DNA of 62,954 nucleotides, taken from positions 1 through 62,954 of the IMG/VR virus record IMGVR_UViG_3300035703_000093, one strand, 5' to 3'. Source of the DNA: a virus (Duplodnaviria > Caudoviricetes). Both the position numbers and the translations under genes were made by a program. This document shows, piece by piece, positions 26,072 through 38,100 of this stretch (its first letter is position 1; every line of letters starts with the position of its first letter). The notes below the pieces were generated by a model. The model saw only the letters and a list, made by a program, of their open reading frames with translations, searched no databases and was not told where the DNA came from.

Positions 26072-26496
26072 GTTTGGAGTTTCAAGTTTCAAGTTTCACG
26101 TTGGAAGCCGGGCCGGAGAGGCCGGTGGTGCCGGGGTGTGTGGAGATGGCGAAGTTGCCGAAGACGCGGCAGGTGGTGCGGCGGCCGATGACGGCGGACG
26201 AGGCGGAGATGGTGAAGGCCATCCGGCGCTGCGTGACGTTTTCGGTGGGGCACTGGGACAAGAAATTCATGCGGCAACTGCCGGAGGAGATCACGGAAAA
26301 GCAGGCGGTGCAGGTGTGGCGCATTTTCAGAACCTACCGGCGGCAGATCGTGACGAAGGTGCCGGAGGCGGTGATGACGTGGGAGCGGAAGGAGGAGCTG
26401 CTGCGGGCGGCGGAGGTGGTGGTGGAGGCATTTCAAGCAGAGGGACTGGACACCGCGAGAGGTGGGATAACCGCAGAGAAGAAGGAGCCTTTATGA
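26068..26496 (+). CDS. Hypothetical protein
   Basis: GTGA overlap (alternative ATG at 26146); DKKFMRQL...ITEKQ...YRRQI. Confidence 0.6.
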   Translation: MSLEFQVSSFTLEAGPERPVVPGCVEMAKLPKTRQVVRRPMTADEAEMVKAIRRCVTFSVGHWDKKFMRQLPEEITEKQAVQVWRIFRTYRRQIVTKVPEAVMTWERKEELLRAAEVVVEAFQAEGLDTARGGITAEKKEPL

Positions 26497-26798
26497 GCAC
26501 GAATGTGGCCTTGAAATACCTTCGTGACAAAGAGTGGGCGATGGGCAATGGACAGTGTCATGACTGCTGCGGAAAACAGCCGCGAAAGGGTTGGTGGACT
26601 GACACCGTTGGGCACCGCCGCGGATGTGCTCTTGCCCTCGCGATTGAATCTTTGGGTGCTACCGTGGTGTGGGAGCGAGAAAACCGCTCTAAGGCGCGGC
26701 TGGAGCATGAAAGGTGGGGTAAGCAGATGTTCCGAGAAATCATGAAAGGTGTGATGGAAGAACTGAAAACTAAAAATGGAGGAACTGAGAATGGCTGA
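26493..26798 (+). CDS. Hypothetical Zn-binding protein
   Basis: CHDC...GHRRGC; ATGA overlap. Confidence 0.6.
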   Translation: MSTNVALKYLRDKEWAMGNGQCHDCCGKQPRKGWWTDTVGHRRGCALALAIESLGATVVWERENRSKARLEHERWGKQMFREIMKGVMEELKTKNGGTENG

Positions 26799-26831
26799 GA
26801 CGGACCAGACACCGGGAGGGACGGGATTGAC

Positions 26832-27383
26832 ATGAGTAACCGGATTGACGGGGAATCCCCTGCCCTGCGGCTGTGGCTGCCGGGGTATCATACGCCGTCG
26901 TTGAACCGGACGGCGGGAAAGCACTGGGCGAAGGTGCGGCGGCTGCGGCTGGAAACGGCGGAGGCGCTGTATGAGGCGCTGCGGGGCGGGTTCTCGGTTC
27001 TCGGTTCGCGGTTCGCGGTTGAGGAGGCGCGGAGGGTGTTGTCGAAGATGCTGCTCAAGGTGCCGCTGGAGACGCGGCGGGGCAAGAAGCCGGACAAGCC
27101 CCTGGTGCCGGCGTATCTGCGCATTGAGCGGGTGGCGTGCGTGCTCCTCGATGAGGAAAACTTCAAGGGCGGCACGAAGGGCCTGACGGATCTGCTGCGC
27201 TACGCGTTTCCCACGGTGCTGCTGGACGACGGGCCGGGGTATGTGGTGATGGAGCACGTCCAGACCAAGTGCTCGAAGCGGTGCGAGGAGGGGACGTGGG
27301 TGGAGCTGAGGCTGGGGAAGGCGGAGAACGAAGGGCGGAGGGCGGAGGGGATGTCGGCGGCGGTCATGGGCGGTGGAGGATGA
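26832..27383 (+). CDS. RusA-like Holliday junction resolvase/endonuclease
   Basis: PSLNR; LDEENFKGGTKGLTDLL; LLDDGP. In-frame heptamer insert at about 26990-27020. Confidence 0.65.
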   Translation: MSNRIDGESPALRLWLPGYHTPSLNRTAGKHWAKVRRLRLETAEALYEALRGGFSVLGSRFAVEEARRVLSKMLLKVPLETRRGKKPDKPLVPAYLRIERVACVLLDEENFKGGTKGLTDLLRYAFPTVLLDDGPGYVVMEHVQTKCSKRCEEGTWVELRLGKAENEGRRAEGMSAAVMGGGG

Positions 27384-27570
27384 GGGTGGTGCCGGGGGTG
27401 TTGAGGAGGTCGAGGAGGGATTGGAGGCGTTTGGCGCGAGCCTGAACGGCGGCTTGGGTGAAGGGGGGAGCATCCCACAAGGCCGCGCTGGCTTCGTTGG
27501 CAGCTTGGACTGCGGAGGTCACGGCACCAGTGATGTCGGTGCGCTGTTCGGGGGTGAGTTCGAGGGTCAT
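27364..27570 (-). CDS. Hypothetical protein
   Basis: 68-aa ORF, MTLELTPEQR... Confidence 0.5.
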   Translation of the reverse strand: MTLELTPEQRTDITGAVTSAVQAANEASAALWDAPPFTQAAVQARAKRLQSLLDLLNTPGTTLILHRP

Positions 27571-27589
27571 GGGGCGGGTGGTGGAAGTT

Positions 27590-27814
27590 TCAGGTTTCAG
27601 GTTTGGCTTCGCCTGTCTCGCAGGCTCGGCTCAAGAGTGGGAAGGTGGCGATGATGAGGGCGCTGGGGGTTTTGTGTCCGGCGGCTTTGGCGGTGCGCTG
27701 GAGGTGTCGGCGGAAGTCAGCGTTGGGAAGTGTGAGGGTAAGGGTGACGGCGCGGGCGCGTTTGGGTTTGCGGGGGCGGCCGGGGCCGCGGCGTTTGCGG
27801 GGAGCGGAGGGCAT
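27590..27814 (-). CDS. AT-hook + RHH-like small DNA-binding protein
   Basis: KRRGPGRPRK then VTLTLTLP...HLQRTAKAAG..TPSALI. Confidence 0.6.
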   Translation of the reverse strand: MPSAPRKRRGPGRPRKPKRARAVTLTLTLPNADFRRHLQRTAKAAGHKTPSALIIATFPLLSRACETGEAKPET

Positions 27815-27826
27815 AGGGCGGAGGGT

Positions 27827-28333
27827 TTAGATCTGGATGCCGTGCTGGGTGAGGGTGTGCTTGGTGGAGGCGACGAGCATGCGGCGCTGGTCGAGGTTCT
27901 CGGGCGTCATGTGCCGGCCTTGGTGGAGGAGAACGGTGTCGAGGGCGGCGGTGACGTTGGCGAGGGTGTCGAGGAGGCTGCCAGGGCTGGTTGGGAGCGT
28001 GGTGGCGGGCTCGATGCCGCGCTTGAGGATGTCCTGGCAGCGGCCGAGGACGAAGCCGGGGCCGCCTTCGAGGTTGATGGGGTGGCCGTCGAGTTCATCG
28101 ACAAACCGGCGCAGGTTGTTGAGGACCTGCTGCGGGGTGTAGGGTTTGGAGGCGGTGGGGATGGGTTCGTTGTTGGCGAGGGCGGTTTTGGCGGCGAGGT
28201 AGCTTTCGGTGCTGACGACGCGGAGTGATGTTTCACCGTCGGCCGTCTCAATTTCCTCGACGAGATCAGCGAGGGCTTTGGTGACGCGATTGACGGGGAG
28301 AGGGGCGGTTTCTTTGGGGGCTTTGGCTTTCAT
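27827..28333 (-). CDS. Hypothetical protein
   Basis: 168-aa ORF downstream of an AT-rich promoter-like region. Confidence 0.65.
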   Translation of the reverse strand: MKAKAPKETAPLPVNRVTKALADLVEEIETADGETSLRVVSTESYLAAKTALANNEPIPTASKPYTPQQVLNNLRRFVDELDGHPINLEGGPGFVLGRCQDILKRGIEPATTLPTSPGSLLDTLANVTAALDTVLLHQGRHMTPENLDQRRMLVASTKHTLTQHGIQI

Positions 28334-28368
28334 GAGGCGTGCGGTTGAGGGTTTTGTTGCGACACGTC

Positions 28369-28396
28369 ATAATAAGGGTAGCGTGGATTATTTCAA
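28369..28396 (-). promoter_or_regulatory. Sigma70-like promoter
   Basis: Minus strand TTGAAA-16 nt-TATTAT with an AT-rich upstream tract. Confidence 0.5.
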
Positions 28397-28409
28397 CGAG
28401 AATATTTAT

Positions 28410-28871
28410 TTATTTCATTGAGGAAACCCGCCTGCGGCGGGAATGACGAAACCCGAATAGCGAAGGAGGAATGAACAGGCTGGCAGCCTGTCTCACGGTG
28501 GGGCGGTCGTGTTGGAGGTAGAGGTTCCAGGCTTTGCGGCCGTGGGGTTTGAGGGCGCAGTCGTGCGGCCCTCGGGGCTCGTCGATGCGCTTGTGCTCGG
28601 CTGCGACCATGTCGTCGATTTCTTCGGTGGCGGCCCAACTGCCGCATTCCTGCTGGAGCATTTCCCGGTAATCGAAGGCTCCGAGCTGGGCCTTCAAAGC
28701 CAGCATGAGGGTTTCAGCCTCCACGGCGGCGGTGGTCCAAGGCACGGCGATGAGGTCGAGATCGGTGGTGACGGTGCCGTGGATGGCTAGGGCGTAGCCG
28801 TGCTCTCTGGCTTTGTCACACAAGGCCGGGTAGAGACAGGCGTAGAAGGGCGCGGGGTTGGCGGGTTTCAT
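28410..28871 (-). CDS. Nucleotidyltransferase-like small phage protein
   Basis: AREHGYALAIHGT...DLDLIAVPW...KPHGRKAW. Confidence 0.65.
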   Translation of the reverse strand: MKPANPAPFYACLYPALCDKAREHGYALAIHGTVTTDLDLIAVPWTTAAVEAETLMLALKAQLGAFDYREMLQQECGSWAATEEIDDMVAAEHKRIDEPRGPHDCALKPHGRKAWNLYLQHDRPTVRQAASLFIPPSLFGFRHSRRRRVSSMK

Positions 28872-29137
28872 AGGTGACAAAGAGGATGTCCGGGGTGGCG
28901 TTTGGCTTGCTGGGCGCGGTAGGCTTTCATTTTGGCGGCGTGGTCGGGATCGCCCATCCAGCGGAGGAGAAGGTCATTGACGGCGATGTCGCAGGCGAGG
29001 CAGAGAGGGCGGTAGAGGCGTTTGTCGGAGCAGATTTGCCACTGGTGGAGCGCGGTGGCTCCGCAGCGGACGCAGGGGATGCGCTCGATGCCGATGGAGG
29101 TGTAGGGGCGGCGGCGGCCGTGGCGTTTGTGGGGCAT
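28868..29137 (-). CDS. Zinc-finger protein
   Basis: CVRC...WQICSD...PLCLACD. Confidence 0.65.
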   Translation of the reverse strand: MPHKRHGRRRPYTSIGIERIPCVRCGATALHQWQICSDKRLYRPLCLACDIAVNDLLLRWMGDPDHAAKMKAYRAQQAKRHPGHPLCHL

Positions 29138-29148
29138 GGGGAGCGGGA

Positions 29149-32100
29149 TCACAGGCTGGCAGCCTGTCTCACGAGGAGAGGGGCGCGTTGTTTGATGCGC
29201 TGGAACTCCTGAAGGGCGTTTTCGAAGGCGGCGCGGGCCTCGCCGGTGAGGGAGGCGCGGAACATGGATTGAGCGTCTTGAGCTGAAATGCCTTTGCGCT
29301 TGATTCCACCGACTACCATCAAAGGATTGCGGTAGAAGAGGAGCTTGTTGATGTCCTGCTCGGTGCGGACGGGGTGGCCCATTTTTTCGAGTGATCCAAG
29401 GATGTTTTTGATCGCTTTAAGGTTTGGTTCGTCCTGCGCGAGCTGGGCAAAGAGGGCCTTGCGGGCGCGGGAGGCGGGCGTTGTTGAGCCGTAGTCCATG
29501 CCTTCCTGCACTTCTCCTCCTTGGGCGATGATCCAATCGTGGGCTTTGCGGTAGAGGTCCGGGGTGGCGTTCTTGACGTTGAGGCCGACGACGGCGCGGG
29601 TGAAGGCCTGGGCGGGGTCGTAGGTTTCGAGGGTCTTGTTCGTGGCGCGGTCGCCGGCACGCATGAGGGTGTTGAAGGCGGTGCCACCGGGGGCGAGGGG
29701 TGGCAGGGCGACGCCGGCGGCGTGCTTGGTGTAGGCTTTGATCTTCTCGAGCGGCGTCATGCCGAACTCGGCGATGGGGCGGCGGGTGAAGGCGTCCTCG
29801 TTGTGCCTCCAGGCATCGACCAGGGAGAGCACGGGGCCGCCGGAGACGATGCCGCGCCAGAAGCGGTTCCACGGGTCCTCGGTGGCATCGGTGACGGCGA
29901 CGCGGGTGCCGAGGAGATCGGCGAAGGGCATGATGGCGGAGATGTCGAACTGCTGGACGGCCCCTTGGGCGCTGCGGAAGGGCAGCAGCATGGAGAACAG
30001 CGGGGTGTCAAAGGCGAAGAGCTTCCCCTTCCCTGCCATGTCTTTCTGGATTTCCTCCATGTCGTCGTCATCGAGGCCGAGCAGCATGGCGGAGATCGCG
30101 GTCACGATGGCCGGGAAGCTGAGGGCTGCGGTGAGGGCGAGCGGGCGCTCGGCGACGGCGGTGCCGAGGATGCGGGTGGACTCGCGGAAGAAGGAGAAGA
30201 ACGGGTTCACGAAGCGGCCGACGGCGCGGGTGGTGCCGGACTGGCCGAGGCGGTCGTAGTAGGGGAACCATTTCCGCACATGTTCCGCTGCGCGGGTTCT
30301 CTGTTCGCTGTTCTCGGTTCCCTGTTCAGCGAGTTCGGCCTTAGCTTTGAAGTAGGCGGCGGCTTTGAAGAGGTCGTCGGGGAGGCGGCGGAGGCTGGCG
30401 AGGAACTCGTGGGAGCCGTGGAGGGTGGCACCAAAGCCGAAGAGCATGCGCTGGACGAGGCCGGGGTCGTAGTCCTCGATGGTCTTGGGGTCGGGCAGGA
30501 GGCCTTTCAGGCGCTCCTTCACGAGGCCGGTGTAGGCGTCGCCACCGATGACCTGCTGTTCGATGAGTTCGGCGAAGTCTTTGCCCCCGGTGCGGAGGGC
30601 GGCGATGGCCTGCTGGTAGTAGGGCCAGTTGCCGGGGTTCCAGAGGCTGTTGCCGGCGAGGGTGGCGAACATGGTGTTGCCGACGGCGTCGCGGATGTGG
30701 GAGCCGGGGTTCCAGACGAGTTTCCCAGCCTTCCACTTGCGCAGGATGGCGTCGTAGAACTGGAGCGCGGCGTTTGGCACATCGACGAGGTCGAGGATCT
30801 GCGCGGCGATGTCCTTGCGGACGTGCTTGCCGGCGAGAGGGCCGAAGCGGGAGGCGTCGGGAATGGCGGTGAAGCCGTTGAGGGCGATGTCGCTCACCCA
30901 TTCGGGGTGCTGGGCGGTTTTGCGCAGCAGCTCCATGGTGGCGGCGTTGTGGGTCTGGCCGAGGACGTAGCGGGCAACGGCATAGACGGGGTCCTTCACG
31001 AGTTTGGCGGGCTCGAAGGGGTCCTTCGGCAGGAAGCGGTCGTATTGGTGCTTCTTGGCCTGCTTCACGATGCCGGCGAGCATGGGGGAGAGCTTCGCGG
31101 TGTTGGCGATCTGGTCCACGGTGAGGGACTTGATCTGGTCGCGCATCGAGGCGCGTTCGGAGCGCGAGAGCGGGGCGAGCATGTCGGCCACGGTCTTGTC
31201 GCCACGGTCCTGGAGCATGTTCAGCGTCTGCTGGCGCACGAAGTCGTGGTAGAAGGCGTCGCGGGAGGCGGCGTCGCGGAAGCGCCAGCGGTTGCGTTTG
31301 CCGCCCTCGTCGCGGGAGACAGTCACATACTGGCCGGTCTTGTCCTTCCGGGTGGTATCGACGATGTGGTAGGCGGTGGAGCGCTGCTGGAGGAGATCGC
31401 GCACGCCGAGCTTGAACGCGGCGAGGAAGGAGCCGGCGGACTCGCGGGCCTCGTCCTCGGTGTAACGGGGCATCCAGCCGTTCGACTGGAGTTCCTCGAA
31501 GGTGTCCGGGTTCATGAGGCCCTGGCGCACGAGTTCGGAGCCGGTCTGGCGGAGGAGATCGCGCAGGCGCTCCCCGAGGCGCTGCATTTCCGGCGGCAGT
31601 GTGGCCATGGGGACGCGGCCCTCCATGGCATCGAAGAGCTGGGCGCGGGCGGCGGGGTTCTCGGCGAACTCCTTCGGGTAGGCGAGATCGGAGAGGCGGG
31701 GATTGCCGGAGAGGGCGCGGATGAGGTCGTTCGCCGTCTCCTGGCCGTGGGCGGATTTGCGCTGCATCTCGTGGTGCAGGGCGAGCCATTCACGGGGCAG
31801 GAGGGCGGTGGGGAGGACTTGATCGACGAGGCCTTTGATGGACGGGGCGAGGCCGTCCGGCTTGTCGAGCCAGGTTTCGACGGCAGCTTTGGCGCTGCGG
31901 AGCTTGGGGCCGGCGAGCTTGTCGAGCTGGGCGGCGAGGCGTTTGTCGAGGTTGTTCGAGCCGAAGGTGGCGAGGGGTTGCTGGATGCCGAGGGCGTCGG
32001 CAAGGTAGCCGTTCACGCGCAAGGGCACGAGAGGTGCCTGGACGAGGCCTTTGATGACCTTTGAGGCCAGTGCGCCCGTGAGATCGACGGCTTTGCCGGC

Positions 32101-35100
32101 GAGGTCGAGGGACTGGGCGGCACCGGGGACGGTGAGGAGTTTGCGGTCGAGGGCGACGGCTGTTTCGGCGATTTCGCGAGCGTTGGGAGTGGCGGCTCCG
32201 ATGGCGGTGCCGATTGTGCCGCCGATGGCTGCACCGGGGGCTCCTGCGACCAAAGCGCCTGCGCCTGCGCCGATGCCGCCCCCGATGAGGGCACCGCTGG
32301 TGGTGTTTTTGAGGCGGTTGGAGGCGTAGAGAACGCCTGTCAGTCCGTCGGGCAGGCCTTCTCGGCTTCCAATCTGAGAAAGTAAACCCTCAGATTCGCC
32401 TCTTTGAAATGTTTCAAGCGCGGATGCCGTGACGATTGCTCTTTGAAGCGTTGCCAGTCCAATTCCAGATGTGTCGGGATGGGCGTCAAGGACCGCACGC
32501 TCGATTTGCTGCTGCCCCACGGGCTGTCCGGTGCTGTCGATGAACTCGTCACGAGTGAAATCGTAGCGCCAGTTCCGGGCTTCCGCAACCGCCTTGAAAG
32601 CGTTGTCCATCTCCTTGGTCAAAAGCGCGGCGGTGTTGATGGCGGCATTTTTCCCCCACGGCACCTTCTGGCGGTCGTGAGGTTTGAGGTGCTTGGTGGT
32701 GCCGTGGCGCAACGCACTGCTGGCAAAATTCGACGTGCGGCGGATGGCGTTGATGCTGGTAAGCCCGCCCGGATCGTCTTTGATGCGTTTGCCGTTGTTG
32801 TGAATCCAATCCAGCGCTGCCTGGTAAATTTGCGCTCCTCCCCCGCCTTTTTTGCCTTTGGATTCGGCCGCAGTGCTGCGGATGTAGGGGCGGTCAGTGT
32901 CGGCATCATGGATGTCCAAGTAGCCGTTTTTGCCGTGAAAACGCACGGTGTCACCCTGACTCGCGGCCGTGACGAGCTTGCCTGGAATCGACACCGCCTC
33001 AGCGATTTTGCTGGCGCTGGCGTTGCTGGTGCGTCCGTATTGGAATGCCTCATCATGGGCCGCCAGAGCACGCCAGACCTTGGCGACAAACGTGCGGGCC
33101 GGAGCGCGGGCTTCTTCGTCACGCTGATCCAGAATGTCCTGCCACCAAGACGCCGTGCCCATCGGCTGGGCGGGCGTGTTGGGTGGGAACCACTGCGGCA
33201 GCCAGCGGCGGTTGAGTGCGTCCATGTCCTCCTGCTGCTGGCTGGCCTCTTGCTGGAGAAATTCCAGCGCCAGTCGGGATGACTGCTTTTCCATGCGCTC
33301 CTGAACCACCTCGGAAGAATAGATGTCAACATCCGCCCCCAATTTGATCAGCTTGAGGCGTTTTTCCAAGTGTTCACCCCAGCCATTGATCTCGTTGGGT
33401 GTTACGAAAGACAGTAGCTCTAGCGCCCTGTTGAGATACTTTTGGAACTGCTCATCAAGCAGTGTTTGCGGGTAGATGTTTGAGGCGGCTCCTTGGTCAA
33501 TGAGGGCGGCACGGGCGGCTTTTCTTGAATCTAAAACTTCAGCGGCTTTGTTAGCCGTTGGGTGGATGCCATATGAAAGAAGCGACTCATTCGCCAGCCG
33601 CTTCAACTGGTTGTTTTTGTCGATCTTGCTGCGGATTTCCTGAAGTGCTGGCGTTCCGTTGAGGAACCATTGTTGATCCTGCGGTAAATCGTCATGCGTG
33701 CCGCCGTTCCTCTGGAGTTTTTCCAAAAATGTCCGCATGGCAGGCAGCGCCTCCTGCTGGAGCTTGGCACGGCGCTGTTTTTCAGCATCTTGTTCAGCTT
33801 GGAGACTGGCTTGTTTCGCCTGAGCGTCGGACAATGCCGACTCGTTTTTCTTGATGCGCGTCTCGATCTGCCAGCGGGCCGCTTGGCCGGTGTCTCCCAC
33901 GGTTTCACCGCCGCCGTCATACCTGGACCCCAGCACGGGCACGGTGCGGTTTTCGGTGGCAGAACCGATCTGGAAACCCACGATCTCCACCTTGTCACCT
34001 GCGGCTTTTCGCAGATCCTTGATCATGTCCGCCATGTAGCCGGAGCGCGTGTCCGGGCCGTCGCTGAAGTCGATGCCTGGCAGGTTTTCCACCGCCAAAC
34101 CCGTCGCCACATGGCCGGGCTGCTGCGGCTGGGCCAGGAACCGCAGGAGTCCAAGTTCCTCATAGTCGTCATTTTGCGGCGGGCGTGGTGGCAGAGCGCG
34201 GGCGCGGCGACTCCAGAAGTTCAGCAGAGCGGTGCGGGGGTTGGTGTAATTGCTGCTGGTTTGCCGCTCTCCAGCGGAGTTCTCGACCCGAAACTCACCG
34301 CGCTCTGTGCGGCCCATTTTGAAACCTTCGGGTAGATCTGGAAGTTTTTGGTAGGTTACAACAAATTCAGCCGCATTCATCTTGATCCGGTCACCGGCCT
34401 TATTGACCACAATGACCGCATTGATAGGCTCGTTGTGGTTGAGGTAATAGCCGGTGCGACTATGGGGTAGCGAGCGAGTGAGAGCCGCCTTATCGGCAGC
34501 AATGGACTCAATCAGTCCTGACACCTTGCGCTGAACAGAACTGATTTCATCCCGCTGGCTCTGGGATGTGAAGGGGTTTGTCATTGACCACCAATCGGCA
34601 ATTTTGGCAGCCGCGTCAGAATCCAATTGCGGAAGCGCTTCAGTTGGTTTATTATTCCCCGTCGCAGCGACAACATCCTCTGCCAGGGAGGATTCTCCGC
34701 TCCCCTCAATCTGGTTTGGGGAGCGGCCCCGTTGAAGCAATGACATGGGCTGGTTCGCCAACTCACTCTGCGACATCTCCCCGCCCTGGGAAACTGGGGC
34801 GGGGTTTTTTGTGCGTCCGGCGCTGGCAAGCAAAACCGGCTTGTCGTGGGGGCTGGTGGGTTGGGGCAGCGTCTTGGCGAGTTTTTCGATCTGCTCCTTG
34901 GTGACGGGCTGGGTGGTGTCGTGGGTGGTGAGCCAGTGTTTGAAGACGGGGATCGTGGTGGGGATGGCGCTTTGCAGGCCTTTCCAGCCTTTGGTGTAGC
35001 TGGCCATGTAGCCGCGGGCGGCTTCGGCGGGGGTGTTGAAGCCGAGCATGACCTTGTGCTCGTCGAAGTGGCCGTTGCCGGGTTTGCGCTGGTTCACGAT

Positions 35101-38100
35101 CAGCACAAGCTGGGAGTCGGGGTTCGGGCCGAGGAAGAAGTCGAGGTGGCCTTTGTCGCGGCCCACGGTGCCGAGGATGCGGCCGTAGTGATGCGGCAGG
35201 GTGACGGACCAGGGCTTGCCGGTGGCGTCGGTGCCGCTGCGGGTGCTGCCGGCGGGGTTTTCGATGCTGAGGCGCAGGCCGTGGACGTCCACCTTGCCGG
35301 TTTTGTAGTTCTCGGCGTCCTTCTGGGGCTGGGTGGGGTTGGTGTTTGTCGCTGCTGCCGCAGCGGCCACTTGCGTGGCGAGATCGGAGCGGACAGGAGT
35401 GTCCGCGCCCCCTTGGCGGTCGGAGGCGGCGAGAGGGGAGCGCTCGGTGGCGAGGCGTTCAAAGGTGGCGCGGAGGGCTCCGGTGGGGTGGAGGATGATG
35501 TTGTCGAAGACGCGGAGGAATGTGCCGTTGTCCTGGGTGATGGCGTTTTCGGTGTGGAGGTCGAGGACGGCGAGGTTGTCTGCCGGGCGGTAGTAGGCGG
35601 AGGGGGGATCAAGTTGGATGAAGCCTGCGGCTTCCATGGCGGGCTTGATGGCGGTTTCCTGCGCGGCGTATGCGCCCTGGTAGTGCGGCTGGGAGGTGAT
35701 GAGGGCGACGTTGCCGACGCGATCCGCCCAGACGGCGTGGAGGACGATGTCGTCGTGGAAGATGCTGTTGTGGAGCAGCAGCTTTTCGAGGTAGGAGGCG
35801 GCGTCCGCGCCTTCGCGGGCGATGTCCCATTCATCACGGTAGTCGCGGGGCTGGTAGCCGTAGGAGGTGCCGTCTCCACGGGTGATTTTCACCCAGCGGC
35901 CTTCCTGGTCGCGGAAAACGTGGTGTTCAGAGCCGCCTTTGTCGAGGGGACCGTCGAGGTCGTAGCGGGAGGGTGGGTCTGTGATGAGGATGCCGGCGGC
36001 GCGTGCCCAGTCGGTCAGGAGGGCTTTGTCGCGGCGGCGGTCTGCTGCTCTTCGAGCTGCCGCATCCGGCGCAGATGATCCGCCTGTGCGTTGGCTTCGG
36101 CGGAGGTGTGAGAGGAGAGCCGGGAGTTGAGCGCGGCTGCTTCCTGCCTGGTCGGCAGGCGGGGTTTCGGCGATGGGGCGGCGTTTTCCATGGAGGTAGG
36201 CATCTATCGCATGAATGCGGGTTTCTTCCAGTGCTTTAGCTTCGGGCGTGGAGAAAGGTGGCTCGGTGATGCGGGCGCTGGAGGCGAGGGGGACCATCAT
36301 ATCGGTGGACATGATGCCGGAGGCGTTGCGGAGTTTGAAGGGGCCGGCGGCGGCGACGGTGGCGGCGGACTCGGGCGGGGAGAGGAGGACGGCGCCGGTG
36401 TCGTCGCCTTCCTTCACGCCGCGCATGAAGGCGGCGGGGGTGACGGCGGGGTTTTGGGCGTGGAACTGGTTCCACACGGCGCGGATGGGGAGCCACTGCG
36501 AGGACTGGCCGCGCAAGGCGGACTGGTAGGCGCGGGAGATGAGGACCGGGGTGACGGGAATGAGGGCGGTGAGGCCCTGGCCGGTTTGCGGTTCGCGGTT
36601 CGCGGTTCTCTGTTCGCGGTTGCGGAAGAACGCGGCGCTGGAGCCGAGGGTGGTGGGCGTGAGAGCGCGGTCGAGCGGGAAGCGCTGGGAGGCGAAGAGG
36701 GCCTGGCCGGCGAGGGCGGAGTCGCGCATCTGGTGGGTGATGCGGATGAGGTGGATGGGGGTTTCGGAAGCAGGGAGACTTGAAGACGGGGAGACAGGCG
36801 GAGTGGTGGGGTTGTCGAGTTCTTCCTGGAGGCGAATCTGAGCGCGTTGTTGAGACGGGTATTGACCGAAGACGCCGTTGGGGAATTCAATGCCCCACGT
36901 TCCGGGCTGCATTTGGACAACGCCAATTGGGGGGCCTTGGGGCTGGGAGTCGGAGGTGGCACGCTGTTTTGCGGTGATGCTGCTGCTTTCCACGGTGCCG
37001 CCCCAGGGTTTGACGTATTTGGCGAACTCTTTGACGAGGATGTCGTCGTAGAATTTGCGCATGCCCTGGCCGCCGACGCGGAGGTCGAGGCCGGTGTAGT
37101 TTACGACGCGAGAGGGTGAGGCGAATCGGAGGTCGCTGACGATGCGTTCGGCGAGTTCTTTGCCAACGATTTCCGGCAGTTCCTCGGCGGTGAAGGCTTC
37201 CTTGGGCAGCCGCACTTCGTGGTCGTTTTTATCGAGGACGGCGATCTCGTAGCGTGTCTGGTCGAACTTCTTGGCGTCGATGCGTTTGACCTGCTTGCTG
37301 AGGTCGTAGCGGTCGGCCTGGGTGTCGCCGGTGGTCCAGCCGATCCACTGCTTGCCGGACTGGACGGCATCGAGCAGGGCGCGTTTGAAGAGCATCAGGG
37401 GCCAGGAGGCGCGGTAGGGGGCGTCGGGGACTTTGGCTGCTTCTTCGGGCGATGCGGGCACGGTGCCGCCAAACACACCGGGGACCGTCTGCATGGTGTC
37501 CCGGTAACCCTTGTCCCGGCCCATCTGGTGCCATTTGGACTGGAATTCTTCGACGAGGAGGCCGTTGCCGGCGGCATTGGTGCGGTCGGTGGTGCGATAC
37601 CAGGCGAGTGCGTCGAGATCGCCGTAGTGGGTGCGGTCGGTGTCGAGGTTGGGGGAGTTGGTTCTCGGTTCGCTGTTCTCGGTTCGCGGTTGGTTCCAGG
37701 TGATGACGACTTCCTGGGGATTGGTACCGCCGGGGAGGGTCAACTGGGTGTTGCGGGTGGTGGACTGCATGCCGCCGGGGTTCACGCGGTTGTAGCCGTC
37801 GTTCATGTCGGCAACGGTTTCCTGGGCGGAGGCTTCGGTGGGCTCCCAAATGACGAATTCGCCGGCGGGATTGATGACGTCGAAGCCTTGGCCGTTGCGC
37901 TCCGGGCGCAGGGTGGGGCGATAGGTGAAGCGGTCGCTCAGGTTGCCGAAGCGGGTGACGGTGAACTTCACGCTGCCTTCGGTGGCGAGGTAGGCGAGGA
38001 CCTGGTCCTGGGTGATGGGGCCGTCCTGGGCCTGGGACTGGAGCCACTGGCGGATGCCGGTCCATTTCATCTCCTCTTCTTTGAGTCCGGCGTTTTTGAG

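Larger units (their letters stand above)
15806..29172. repeat. Dispersed REP-like palindrome ACAGGCTGGCAGCCTGT(T/C)TCAC, 6 copies
   Basis: Copies at 15806-15828 (1 mismatch), 17228-17250, 20801-20823, 21395-21417, 28475-28496 and 29151-29172, all in the same orientation. Confidence 0.9.
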
